DNA of 64,000 bases, taken from Callorhinchus milii (Eukaryota). Below, in pieces: positions 10,341 through 23,345 of this stretch (position 1 is the stretch's first letter; each line of letters opens with the position of its first letter). Below the pieces are notes generated by a model. That model was not told where the DNA came from. It ran no database searches and worked only from the letters and a program-made list of their open reading frames with translations. The stretch spans positions 111,106,001 through 111,170,000 of the forward strand of contig NW_024704743.1 in the NCBI RefSeq assembly GCF_018977255.1, read 5' to 3'. Both the position numbers and the translations under genes were made by a program.

Positions 10341-13300
10341 ATGAAGATAAATGCAAGCTGTGGTTTTTGAACAGGTTAATCGGAACCACAGTAGCTCCAT
10401 CTTTTCTTTAATTATTCAGTTGTAGCCATGGGCATTTCATTGGCTGTTCAAAATGGAGCAAGTCTTTGTCCCAGAACAGGATCCTAGTGGGAACAGGGAA
10501 AATAGTCAGAGAAGGCTATATCCCTGACTGACGTGCATGAATGACATACATCATGATTGTGTCATTATGAATGTCCCATACTGCATAAACCTCACTGAGG
10601 TGCAAATAAATATATGCAGGTTGCAGAATGAGACTGAGCAGTGGAACATTGAGATTTACAGAAACGTGAATGCAAGTAGATTTTATTGTTTAAGAAATTC
10701 AGGGCACTATATTTTATCACCAGTGATAGCTTTAAGATGAATGGCTTTCACAAACTTTCCATTGTTCTGAATGGAGTAAACAGCAAGATGATCTCGCTAT
10801 AACAAAAGACTCCTGTGGTCAGAAGGAATTCCTAAAGATGCTAGGACAGTTGTATGTTTCAATAAAATTGGCTGCATTCAATGCAAGTGACAGACTGCTT
10901 ATATGATTTGAATGCTTTGGGTTAGCAGCTGTCATGAGAGTAACTGAGCACTTGCACTTGCTTTTTGCTATAATTAAAACAGTATTGCTATTAATAATAA
11001 TCAGGTAGCATTGTTCATTGTTCATCTATCCCATCAAATCTGCACTAAAGCTTTCCTCCATGAGTCACCTAGTCTAATTCCACTCCCCTACTTACTTTCT
11101 GTACCCTTTAATATTGTTCTTTTATCTGATACCCTTTCACAAGAATTTATGGGCAGAATCGTGGTTGACCAGAGAGTGCAGAAATGAAAGTAGACTCAGT
11201 AGATTTAGTACATATCCCACCCCAATGTTCGACTTTTATTCCAGATCTCTCCCTCCCTTAATTACCAATTGACACGTTTCCAGCTAACTACTCTTCCACC
11301 CCTGTTCTCTGTCTTGTCTCTTACTTGGTCTTAGTATGTATCACTATTCATCAACACTCAGTTGACAGTTAGTTAAGCAAGTGAAGCCTGACCTGCAACT
11401 CAAAGCCCTAATGGGTTGGGTGGTCCTAGCTGGATAAGCAGTGGGAAAACTTGCCTGACAGCGATATCAATGGCAAGCTATGTGGATTTAGCTGATTAAA
11501 CCTCAACAATACTCTGGGATCTCCAAGCCTTGACTCTTGCCAGCCTGTGCTAATATTAACTGGAATTAGGTAAGTAGGATGTCTGCCTCCTGGGCGATAG
11601 AGGGCATTCCATTCCACAACTTGGGAATTTCCATGTGTTGGTAGGATGCATGGAACTCCCGGTTTTGGTTTTGAAACTCTTATGCATGGTGATGGGTTTC
11701 CGTATTTGCCAAACAAAAAAAGCCTCAGTTGCTTCTCATACTTTTTTCTTCTGTTTCCCATCCTGTCTCCTTAATGATGAAAATAAAACTGGGACAAAAT
11801 GACAAGTGTACCATGGCCTTGCATAGCTACTCGACCCAACATCAAAGGCCTTGAAATTCCCCTAGTCTTAGCCTAAATTTAAAAGCAAATTAAAATTATA
11901 CAGAATTAAGTGTTTGTCAAATATCCCGAGATGCGACCCAAGTGAAGGGCGCTATATAAATGCAAGTTGTTGTTGTCTACAAAATACATAAATTTTACAG
12001 TAAATCCCGTGAAGTGATTTGAGATGCTCTTCCGACATCAAAGGCATTCTATCAAAAGCAAGGGAAATTACAATAAAGATTATTATTATTGTAAGTGTGG
12101 AAGATTCTTAAATTCTTATTTTGGAAGCTATTTTGTGTTGATTTGGTGTATTAGCAGAAATCAATGCAATCATGAGTAGGAGAAACGTAAACCCTGTTAG
12201 ACATTAGACCGTAGCAACAGCTTGTCCTTTGACTTCCAGAATCTGTCGCCCACATTTTTAACTGCTTTATTGGTCTGTAAACCACTGCTTCTTGTCATTT
12301 ATTGCCTCTTTGCTATCTTCCCCTCACCCTCCTCCCCAAGAACACCATTAGAGCTTTTTCATTCTTTGTTTCTATCAAGGAATTCTTTGTGAAGGCTGGA
12401 ATATCATCAAAGCTCTCAGATTCAACAAGCCCGATGGCCTGAAAATTCAAAACAACACAAAAAAGCCTCTTCAATTCTCCACTTGAGATGGAGGTTATTA
12501 GACGTGAGCTTCCAGCATTGCCTTGGTGTTTTGATGGAAATTATAAATAACTGGGGACAGTGAAGGACATTATTGGCAGTAAAAGAAAGAAATGGTTATT
12601 AAAGGCTGCGCGTGCCATTTATCACATGATAGTGAACCTGCAACACTGCACAAAAACAGGGTTGTGGCACCAGTAACAGACTGCCATTATTTGACAAATT
12701 TGTCCTCTACAGCTGACAAATAAGTACCTTATAATAGTCTGAACCGAACAAGATTAATTCAACTTTAACTAAATCTGATTTGCATCAGAATTTAAAAAAT
12801 GTTATGTAAATACAGAAAGATATTGTTGCTTTTTTGGAATTAGCTATTAGATGTTTCACTCTTTTCAGCGTATTGATGTTTTCATTCATACACAGTCTGC
12901 TTTATGGCAATAATCCTTGCACTAGATGTAGTGCCTGATCACATCGTCGAGACGCCTCATAGAGCTTCACAGCACATACTGTAAAATGATGTGACTGTGT
13001 GTATCTTGTGGATGAAATATATCTCTGCTTCTCTATAATATTATTTTACCTGGTGGGGGATTTTTAAAGCAGTAACCAGATACTGGATGTCCCTTCAGTG
13101 ATTTGCAGGCTGGGAGTCACGAGGTAAGCCACACTGATTCTCAAAGAGCATTGATATCAGGGTTTTACAGCTGCAGATTTTATGGAAATGTCACCTTCAG
13201 TGAAACGCTTATCTATTTATTTCTAATCACTGTGCGACTCTTTACATTCAGCACTCAATAGGAAAACTCATAAAAAAGGAATAAGTGCAGTTGGTTTGAC

Positions 13301-13499
13301 AGTGCCATTGTGTTTCCTCCCTCCTTCCAATCTTCCGACAAGCAGTACAATGAGATACATGAGTTATGCTGTGCTGCAGTAGACAAATGATCCATTAGCA
13401 GCTTTGAGAATCCAAGGCCAAAACATAGTCTTAGGCTGGAGTTCATTTCCTTTAATTTTAAGATCATTTGAATTTTGGCTTAAATCCTTAAATTCAATC

Positions 13500-13760
13500 T
13501 TATAGAATCGTAGAAATGTTCAGCATAGAAAGAGACAAATCAAGCCTGTCAAATCTACCCTTTTTTTTAATATAATAAGCTGCTTATTTAATCTCACTGC
13601 TCTGCCTTATCCCCTTGAAACCTAGCCTCTAACCTACATATACCCTTCTACTTCACTCTTGATATCCATGGGCTTTGCCTCTACCACCATACTTGGGAGG
13701 GCATTCCATATTCCACCAACTCTTTGAATGAAATAAATACTCCTCTGTTCTCCTTTTGCT
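13500..13760 (-). mobile_element. CR1 LINE 3' fragment
   Basis: Minus translation FIQRVGGIWNALPSMVVEA, typical of the CR1 ORF2 C-terminus, followed by a ttctat-type tail. Confidence 0.75.
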
Positions 13761-13907
13761 CTTCTTATGGTAATTTTAAATTTACGTATTAACTTGGAAG
13801 TTGGTTTTCCCGCAGTTTTGATTTTGACCCATAAATCCCAATCTGCCACCTTTATATTTGGATATGGTTTTAATTCTTTTTCATTGCTTAGCTTCCAACC
13901 GAAGGCA

Positions 13908-14585
13908 ACAATAACAACAACAAGATTCGATTTATTGAGCGCCTTTCACGTCGGGAGGACGTCCCAAGGCGCTGTACAGTGGGTCAGGACCCGAGCATTG
14001 GGGGGGAGATGGTCAGGGTGAGGGGGAGGGAAGGGAGGGAGCGAGGAGGGGGTAGAGAGTCGAGAGGGGAGCTGAAGGCATGATGAAAGAGAAAGGTCTT
14101 GAGACCGGCCTTGAAGGAGGAAAGGGAGGAGGCAAGGCGAAGGCACTAGGGGATAGCGTTCCAGAGCCTAGGGGTTGAGAGGCTGAAGGCCCGGCCACCG
14201 ATAGTAGGGCGGTTGGGGCGGGGGATGTGGAGCAGACCGGAGCCAGAGGAACGGAGGGTACGGGCGGGTAGGTAGGGGGATAGTAGGTCGGAGAGGTAGG
14301 AGGGAGCGAGGCCGTGAATGGCCTTGTAGGTGAGGATGAGGATCTTGAATTCGATCCTCTGGGGGATGGGGAGCCAGTGGAGGCGAGCGAGGGTGGGAGT
14401 GATGTGGTCCTGAAGCCTGGTGCGGGACAGTACACGAGCTGCAGAGTTCTGAATGACCTGCAGCTTGTGGAGGGAGGTGCTGGGAAGGCCGGCGAGGAGA
14501 GAGTTCCCATAGTCCAGCCTTGAGGTGATAAAGGCGTGGACCAGAGTTTCAGCAGTGTGAGGGGTGAGGTAGTGCCGTAGTCTGG
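13908..14585 (-). mobile_element. Young 5'-truncated L2 LINE with 8-bp TSD CGAAGGCA
   Basis: ORF2 C-terminus (SRLDY, LQVIQNSAAR, LHWLP, LWN), 3' hairpin, (TTG)n tail; TSD at 13900-13907 and 14586-14593. Confidence 0.92.
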
Positions 14586-15029
14586 CGAAGGCACAATCAT
14601 CCAGCCAGACTGTATGGTAATGGAAAGTCAGGCCTTCTCACAATCAGCACCTTTGCTCTGTTGTGGTCTGGCCAGGTTAAGGTATGTGCCCACTACAGCG
14701 TAATTACCAGTGAGGCAGGCTGCCAACGAAGCTTTCCTGAACCCATTCTGTCTGCAGAAGCGTAAAGGGCAAGTTGCCAAGACTCAAATGCATGGTGATA
14801 AAAATTCAAAGCAACTGTTAACCTTGTAGCTGAATAACATTTCACCATCTACTCAAAGGTTACAATCATAATAATAGTCCTAATCCTTGCATTTCATTAG
14901 GCCTTTTCTGTCGAGAGGATGTCCCAAAGCACTTCACACAGGATACACTATAAATTGTAGTGACTGGGTGTTTTGTGAGCAAAAGCACAGATCAGAGGCT
15001 TGTCACTCAAACTCCAATTTCAAGATTGA

Positions 15030-15300
15030 GGTGGATAGACTTTCATTTGGTAAGGATATCAAGGAATAAGCGCTTTGGGACGTCCTCCTGACGTGAAAAG
15101 CGCTATATCAAATGGAAGGATTATTATTATTATGCGGCAAAGGCGGGTATTTGGAGTTGAGGTACAGATCAGTCATGATCTAATAGAATGGTGGAACAGG
15201 CTTGAGAAGCTGAATGGCCTGCAACAACAATAACTTGCACTTATATAGCACTCTCCATGCAGGGTAGAGTCCCAGAGCGCCTGCTCCTGTTCCTATGCTC
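15030..15300 (+). mobile_element. CR1 3' end interrupted by two tail-only insertions (SINE tail 15068-15132 +; L2 tail 15223-15278 -)
   Basis: Uninterrupted homolog at 62500-62630; TSD GCCTGC at 15217-15222 and 15279-15284. Confidence 0.8.
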
Positions 15301-15727
15301 CTAAACCCATTCATATCAGTTTGGTCACTTTCTGGCTAGGCTTTTTAGAAGGAGGAGGGAAGGTGAGGAGAACAACAACATTCCATTTTTTTTTGAAGAT
15401 GGAAGAAACTCCACTACTTGTCCACATTAGTTTGCAATGATCCAGCACTGTGATGGTCAACTTGTAGCCCACAGGCCGGAAGAGGCCTGCGAGACTGTCA
15501 AGAAGCAGCCCCCCGAACATTTGCACGAGTCTAGGTAAGTCTGTGCTCGATTGGTGTTTTCAGTTTTTCTTCATTGACTATTTGTTGATTTATGGCATAA
15601 ATCAAAAAAAATTAAAGGAAGAACATTTATTTTGTTGGCCGACCTAACACATAGACCCAGCGTTGCTGTTTGTAGAGAAGTCCATGACCGAGATTATCGC
15701 ATTAGTGGCTGGAAGATGATAAACGGA

Positions 15728-16079
15728 AATAATAATAATAATCCTTGTATTTGATATTGCGCCTTATCACGTCTTCGAGACGTCTGAAAGCAATTCATAG
15801 AATATATGGTAAAGTGAATTTACTGTATGTTTTATGAGTGAAACGCGGCAGCCAATTGCACACAGCAGTGTCCCATAGACAAGCATGGATTGAGTGAACA
15901 ATTTTTGTTAAGGCATTATTACCACTGGAAAAGTGATCCGCCAATCGACTAACAACCTGGTTCCTACTTACTGCTAAGTAATCAGAGGCATGTGGAGTAA
16001 GGAAACTTGCCCAACGTTTCGCCCTGCCAGGAATCAAACTTGCGAGGCAAGTGCTCCAACCCCTGAAATACAGGACTCT
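15728..16079 (-). mobile_element. tRNA-derived SINE, long form
   Basis: Contains the extra ~64-nt central segment (ttagcagtaagtaggaacc...). Confidence 0.88.
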
Positions 16080-17639
16080 GATGAAGGCAGATGGGGATTG
16101 GAGAAAAAACAGAAACAAGTACAATAAAGTGAGTGAGTGAATTGCAGAGCTGTGACTGACTTTATCGGAAATAAAAATTAGAATACATTAACTAAATAGG
16201 ATAGAGAAGGTAAACCCAGAACAGTACATTCAGATACACCGATATAGTGCCTTATCATATCATTGAGAATTCTCAAACGCGCTTCACAGAAAATATTGTA
16301 AAGTGGATTGACTGTATTTTGTGGGCGAAACACGACAGCCAATTGCGCACAACAGTGTCTCACAAACAGTCATGGATTGAATCACCAATTTTTTGAAGGG
16401 ATTATTGTGAAGGGTAAATTTGAGACCTGGAATTAATTCTTTACACATATAAAAAAGCATTTCTTAATTATCAGGAAGGGTGATTGAGGCCCCTGCACTG
16501 GTCACTGCTTGATGCTGTAATCATAATAATAATAATCCTTGCATTTGATATAGCGCCTGATCACGTAGTTATGATTCACAGAATACACTATTAAGTGAAT
16601 TGACTACATTTTGTGGGTGAAACGGGAAGACTAGTCTTATGTGAGGATGAAATCAAAGGATCAAAGGTTCTTCATCCAAATTAATCTTATGATCTGCTCT
16701 ATAGCAATCTATTTTAAGCTAACAAATCATAAAGTGTACATGCGGTGCAATTTAAATCAGTCCTTTAGATATTCCATATAGAATTTCTTCACAACATTTG
16801 TTTCATTTTAAATATTAGCATTTAAAAAAAAGTAAATGCTTGCTTGTGTGAATAGTCTAGTTTTAGGGAAAATTATATTAATATTTGGTTTACGGAATAC
16901 AATGGAGAATTGTGGATTTGTGATATTTGAAGCAGACATCGCACTGGATCCCATTATCCCATTGAAGCATGCAGCTGTGGGCAGCTGAGAGGAGTTATAC
17001 TGTATAAATGCTCCTGTCATGCTTTAGAGCTTTAAATCCACATTAAGACTCCCTTTAATTCTTTTATGAAACATTGTAACCAGCGATGTCTGGCATGTTT
17101 GTGATCAAATGCAGTACATAACTATTTATTGAAGTGGCAGTGAAAATTAAAGAGACTGAAAGAATAATCACTGTGACACTGGAGTCTGAAGCATATTTTG
17201 AGATGTGAGCTGTTCTGTGCTTTGCAGCAAATCAACTGATTGAACTAAAATTTATGATCAAATTCTGGGAGCGTAGTGCTAAAGGCAATTAACAGTGATG
17301 TGTATCTGCCCAGAAGATACCCTGTGCAGCATGACAGAGTTCCTGACACTGAAATCTTCTGTGTGCAAGGATCTGGTAACAAGCTTTCCATATCTCATCA
17401 GAGCAAATTCCGTTATTGGCAGGATTTCTAAGTGACACTGACTTGGCTTTCCCCACCTCGTGTGGAACAGAGCTCTCTCTGAAGAGATTAATCTGTATAG
17501 CTATTGTGATTAAAAATATGTAATGGCTGGCCTTTTGCTAACAAAACCGTTTGGGAGCAATAAGTCTTTTATCATGCAGCAAAACAATAGGAATTTTATG
17601 GTTGCCGAAAAGACTGTCGGGGAAGCAGTATTGCAGGAA

Positions 17640-17800
17640 CTGACTGTCTCACCTCTGGGACCTGGCTTCAGATGGGTTGATCATCTCTTGTCTCTGATCA
17701 CTCTTAATGGTTCTTGGTTTGGGTTCGATCAGTTTCAATCCAAATCCCAGTAGATCTTAATCTACGACACAAGCTGTCCACATCACTCATACTGACTGGC
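17640..17800 (+). mobile_element. Degenerate LF-SINE-like relic
   Basis: tcacctctgggacctgg...ccagtag...ctgtccacatcac resembles the recalled LF-SINE consensus and the 20045 copy. Confidence 0.4.
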
Positions 17801-17957
17801 AGGAATGTCAAATGACTAGAATTATCCAAATCAGTCTTGTTTCATCACTTCAGCCTAAAACCAAGCCTGACTTATTCAGTTCAGTCTCATATTTTTATTG
17901 ACCGTTTTCAATGCAAGAGATGCACTTTTCTAGGGAAATATTGAGTTGTCGCTGATT

Positions 17958-18075
17958 ATAATAATAATAATAATCCTTGCATTTGATATAGCGCTTTTCA
18001 CGTCGGGAGGACGTCCCAAAGCGCTTCACAGAACACACTGTAAAGTGACTTGACTGTATATTTGTGGGCGAACGT
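17958..18075 (-). mobile_element. Young SINE, 5'-truncated 3' end
   Basis: Near-identical to the 3' end of the 44730 copy. Confidence 0.85.
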
Positions 18076-18257
18076 TGAAAGTTGAAAGAGAAGGATTATT
18101 GTGATTCAGACTTTACTTGCATGTGGCATGTTTTTGTACATGTGCATCTTATGTGTTTTTAGTTTTGCTTTGTTATAGAACTGAGTCTTTGTATAGCAAA
18201 CATTGTGTTAAGATCTCATTGTAAGATAATTTGCCAATGTGATTGATCTTCAGTACT

Positions 18258-18612
18258 TATAATAATTCAGCATTTGATATAGCGCCTTATTACATCATTG
18301 AGACATTTCAAAGCGCTTCACAGAATATATCGTGAAATAAATTGAGTATGTATTTTATGGGTGAAATTGCATACAGCAGTGTCCCACAAACAGTTGCAGA
18401 TTGAGTGAACAAATTATTATTATTCTTTTGAAGGGATTATTACCCCCCTGGAAAGCGATCTGCCAATCGATGACCAACCAGGTTCCTACTTACTGCTAGG
18501 TAAACAAGGTGTGTGGAGTAAAAAAACTTGCCTAAGGTTTCGCCCCATCCAGGAGTCAAATCTGGGTCCTTTCGCTTGTGAGGCGGGTGCACTAACCAAT
18601 ACACTGCAGGAC
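18258..18612 (-). mobile_element. tRNA-derived SINE, long form
   Basis: Head, central ~64-nt segment, Deu 3' part, tail. Confidence 0.85.
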
Positions 18613-19120
18613 AGTACTTTCAAAATGTTCATCTCTCTTCAGTTCTGTCTAAGGGAGGGTTAAGTACAGACAGTGGAATAGCACACTCCATCTTTGAGAA
18701 TGAGGTATTGTGTTCTTAAAGTGGAAAAATGTGGGTATACCTTTTTTTGTGAACCATGGGATTAAAATTAAGAGAATGAGCAGAGTGCCTAATTCAGTTT
18801 AGTTTGTGAACTAGGACATGGGTGGGCTCACAAGAGAAACAGATTGATTCTGAAATGGAAAACAGTAGGGTTGGTATTCTGGAAGGGGCCATAGATCCTT
18901 ATCAAAACCTCTCTGGTTTACATTGATCAACAGCAATCTATTATAGTAAACAAATCATAATCACAAACCTCTCGTATGACCAGGTGTGCAATTGCTGCTG
19001 TGTTGCTTTCCAGCACTGCAATAGGTGTGCAACAAACAGCCAGAGGTTTCTGGATATCATTAGTTTTAACTGAATAAATTACAGTGGAGAAACCTGCAAG
19101 AGTGAAACAGTGACTGTCCT

Positions 19121-19557
19121 GTGTCAGGCTGGGTCTGTGGGTAGCAACTCACCCCTGAGTTAGAAGATTGTAGGTTCAAACCCCACATTGATACTTGGAA
19201 CCCACATATTTTACACTGATACTCCAATTCAGTGCTGGAGGTTCCGTCCTTCAGATGAGACATTAAATAGTCCTGTCTGCCTGTCCTCATGGATGTTAAA
19301 GATCCCATGGCACTGTTTTGAAAGAGAATGGAGTTTCTTCCAAGGTCCTGATCAACAATCCTCCAAATAAAATTGGTCACTCACTCTATGGCCGTTTGTG
19401 GGGCACTACTGTGTGCAAATTAGCTGCTACATTCACCTACAAAATTCACCTACACACAGTCACACAACTTTACAGTAAAATCCTGTGAAGCGCTTTGAGA
19501 TGTCTTGATGACGTGATAAGACACTAAATCAAATGCAAGGATTATTTATTATTATTT
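19121..19557 (+). mobile_element. Deu-domain SINE, near full length
   Basis: Head gtgtcaggctgg, Deu core cagatgagacattaaa...gttaaagatcccatggcactgttttgaa, 3' Deu segment and (TTA)n tail. Confidence 0.82.
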
Positions 19558-20044
19558 ATCCTAGCAAAGACAATTCTGCACCAAAACAAAGGAACACTCC
19601 TTGCAACCAGATCCTGCACAGCGATAATTATTCATATATGACAACCTTTTTTTCCAGAATGTTCTCTCAGAATTTGCTGTGTTTTTTAATACTAAGTCAG
19701 ATCTGGAGCAAAAAACCCAACTTGAGGCTTCCCATCTGCACATAATTGCTGACCTTCAACCCCAATAGGCTTCAACAAGATCCTAACAATCTCAATTACC
19801 CATTTTTTACATGAATTGGAAAATCGCTTTGGTGAGAGCTTTTCAGTCTCAGTAGAATAGGTCGCTATGGAAATGGATTTGTTCCCGATAAACCATTCTG
19901 CTCACCAGCTGACTTAATTCCAGCGGTTTGCTAACAATAGTGAATCAAGCAAGCTTTCTTGTAGAAAATATGCTGAATATTCTCTTTGGAAACATCAACC
20001 CTTTCTTTGTGTTCCTGCTGTTCCTTAATTAAAAATGTACCTTG

Positions 20045-20400
20045 AGTGGCCAGTGCAGATGGTTAGGCACTGTTTTTCACCTCTGGGATTTGGGTTTAAA
20101 TTCATCCCAGGTTAATAGTAGATGAAAGTCGTCTCTCCCTGTTGGCTATAAGGGTCCTCGATAAAATTAGCTTGGGCAGTCTGACCTGACGCCTGCTAAA
20201 TGGTGGCTTACAGTACAAAGCTGTTTGTAAAATACCACTAATTGAGTTTAGTTGGCAATGTCAGTCAGAGAGGCCACAGGACAGCTGCGATGGGAAATGT
20301 CACATTGGTAGAGTTGATGCTTTGCCCAGCCCCTTAACTGGGTAACATCTTGTGCTATCAGCCCGGGTAGGGGGTGGGGGAACTACAGCAAGAGAGGAAG
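20045..20400 (+). mobile_element. LF-SINE-like ancient tRNA SINE relic
   Basis: Ordered blocks tttcacctct, cccagg, gaaagtcgt, cactaattg, gttggca..tcagtcagagaggcca match the LF-SINE consensus as recalled. Confidence 0.6.
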
Positions 20401-20816
20401 AAGTGCTCTGAATGTGTTAGTTTGTAAAAATCAAGGGAGGTTTTGAAGTGTTTGATTTTTGAAGCATGTTTGATTAAAGTGTATCAGATATTAAGTATGC
20501 CAGATATGGCGAACTGCTGAGTTGGAATTTTTTTACAGAATGTATTTGCTTGAGTCAATGAATTTCAGCTTTGATTTTTTTTGTGTTGGACCATTAGGCG
20601 GTGTGTGTGTTTGTGAATGTGGGGGTCGGGGGGAGATTGGAAATCACTTTGTTAGATCACAGTAGCATTTAAAATTTAATAAGAGGCAAGAGACCACATG
20701 AGTAAGCAGTGGCAGGAATAGCGATTACATGGTAAAAAACTGCACAGTAACAATGATACTATTCTTAGCATTTTGTTCGCTGACCATAACCCTGATGTAA
20801 AGCACTTTATGAACAA

Positions 20817-21085
20817 GAATAACAACAAATTACTTTTATACTGTGCTTTCATGTCGGGAGGACGCCCCAAGGCAATGGACAATTAAGGGTTTGCACCTGA
20901 CCTGGGGTTTGGATTCGAGAGGAGTGAAGGCCAAGGGGGTAGGGATATGGGGGCAAGACCACGGAGGGCTTGAAAAGTGAGGACGAGGATGTTGAACTCA
21001 ATCCTCGAGGGGTGGGGAGCCAGTGGAGCCATGTCAGGATGGGATGATAGGCTTGTGGAGGCTGGTGTAGGAGAGGATACGATCA
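20817..21085 (-). mobile_element. L2 3' fragment with internal deletion
   Basis: RIEFNILVLTFQALRGLAP motif, hairpin and (TTG)n tail. Confidence 0.8.
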
Positions 21086-21099
21086 CCCCAAAAGCAATT

Positions 21100-21455
21100 C
21101 ATAGAGTTTTTCTGTAAAGTGTAGTGACTGTGTATTTGTAGGCAAATATAGTCATCAGATTCCTCTAAAATATCCCACATACAGCAATGAAGTTAATAAC
21201 CAGATTTGTATCTGGGGATTATTGCCAGGATACAGGGAGAAACTCCCTTCTCTTTTCAAATAGTACCATGCGATCTTCAACATCCACAAAAGCAGGCAGA
21301 CAGGACCTCCTCAGTTTAACATCTAATCCAAAGGATAGATTCTAATACTCCAGTGCTCCTCCAGCATTGGATTGGCTCAAAATACTGACATGGAGCATGA
21401 ACCCACAACCTTCTGACTCAAAGGTGAGAGGGCTACCAACTGAGCCAGTCTGACA
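21100..21455 (-). mobile_element. Deu-domain SINE
   Basis: Head at 21455 (gtgtcagactggctcagttggtagc), Deu core. Confidence 0.78.
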
Positions 21456-21944
21456 CTTGCATTGCAGCTCTTGATCTGAAACCACACAGTCTTAGAGAGA
21501 AAAGACAGGGCTCGAGAGATGATTTATTTCCAAAGCAAGAGAATGTATTCTCTCATAATTTTGCTTTAGATTTTGAAACAGTGCTTTTGTTTATGAGTGA
21601 ATTTGGGAATATCTGATTTATTAGTATGCGTTTGAATGCACATCCAATGACTTTGTACTGGGTTACCTTACAGCTACTATCCAGTGGGAACTCTGAGATA
21701 ATTTATAGGGATTGACAATATTGAATGCTGCCATGGTAAAAGCCTTTGTGTTACTGTAGCTCTTGCTGGGTGAGTAGATGTGTCCTAATAACCCGACAGC
21801 TGTAATAATTGCTGCAGACAATGGTGCTTATGTGGCAGAACAAGCTGGAAGTTAGTTACAGCATTACACATTGCGGTATACATGTACTAATTCATATGCA
21901 AAACACAAAAGCTTATCAATCGAAGACTCTGACATGTAGGATAA

Positions 21945-22182
21945 AATCTGGAACTCCATCCCATGGTCCCTTCGCCTCGCTTCCTCCCTTGCCTCCTTCA
22001 AGGCCGGTCTCAAGACCCTTCTCTTCGACTGTGCCTTTGGTCTCCCTCCTACCTCTCTGCCTTCCCTCACCCCTAACACCACCCCTCCCCCATGCTCAGG
22101 CTGCGACACTTGACTGTTCAGCGCTTTGGGACGTCCTCCCGACGTGAAAGGCGCTCTATAAATGTAATTTTGTTGTTGTTGT
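21945..22182 (+). mobile_element. L2 3' fragment
   Basis: tctggaactccatccc...gcgctttgggacgtcctcccgacgtgaaaggcgc, (TTG)n. Confidence 0.88.
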
Positions 22183-22997
22183 ACAGCTTCTGGTGAAACG
22201 TGGATTGTTTCAAATTGACAATTTCCACAGTTTTTTTGAGGAAGGAAAACAAGCTTAGAAGAACTTTGTGCGGAATCCAAACAAGGATATATTTTGGATA
22301 CCGTGATATGTTTGCAGCACAAGTGAGGTAATTGGTTGCCTCATTTCGCCTGCAAAATATACAGTCAGTTCCCTTTACAGTATACTGTATGAAGTGCCTT
22401 GAGACGTCTCGTAGAGCATTTTAAGAAATGAAAGGATTATTATTATTATTCTATACATGCAACCACCTTGGAACTGATATTACATGCCCTTTATCTCCAA
22501 AGTCCACGTTTAGTCCACATTTACACTTTTAGTATAAAACATTATAGAGATACAGTTACTACTCATTAGAGCGAATCTTGTAAAGCGCTTTGAGACGTCT
22601 TCCCAATGGAAAAAGGCACTATATAAAATGCAAGGATTATTATTATTATTATATTACTTGCTGTAATGCTGGAGCTTCCTCATTTCCATTGTGCAGTGAT
22701 TTTCATAACACCGGTGAACATAGGCAAACATTTACGTGTGCAGGAGTTTGCTCTTATTCAGTAGTTTTAATGTTGTAAATGGGGACTTTGGGTTTCTTGC
22801 TGTGAATTTTTGTCTCAGAGTTTAACCTTCCCAACACGTACCAGAATAATGGTGATTGACAGCAGCAAGTCAGGCATTTTTAATTGCCGTCAGTCGCATC
22901 GCTGCCTCTGGAGGAGCCATGAAACCATCTCTTGTCTCAGTCCCCGTGGGTTGGTGAAATGTACTGCTGGTACCTGGAAAGAGTCTCCATTTATTTA

Positions 22998-23345
22998 ATA
23001 ATAGTAACCCTTGCATTTGGTGTAATGTCTTTCACTCCGGAAGGATATCTCAAAGCACTTCACAGGCTACATCGTAAAATGTATTGACTGTATATTCTGT
23101 AGCCAAACATGGCAGCCCATTTGAATGCAGCAGTGCCCCCAAAAAAACTCTGAAGTGAATGATCAATTTTTATCTGAGAAACTCCCTTCTCTTGTTAAAT
23201 AGTGCCATGATATCTTTACCTCTCTGGGATGATACCCTGCATGAGGGGCGCTATATAAATGCAAGTTATTATTGTTGTTGTAATGTCCACCTGAACATGC
23301 AGATGAGGATTCATCTGAAGGACAGCACCTCCATCAATCCAGTAC
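22998..23345 (-). mobile_element. Deu-domain SINE interrupted by an L2 tail (23219-23280, +)
   Basis: Host sequence gtgccatgatatcttta resumes as taatgtccacctgaac after the insert. Confidence 0.7.

Noticed and set aside
14013..14600. Pro/Ser-rich ORFs (also 27234-27953, 37370-37813)
   Set aside because: Alternative reading frames of C-rich L2 sequence.
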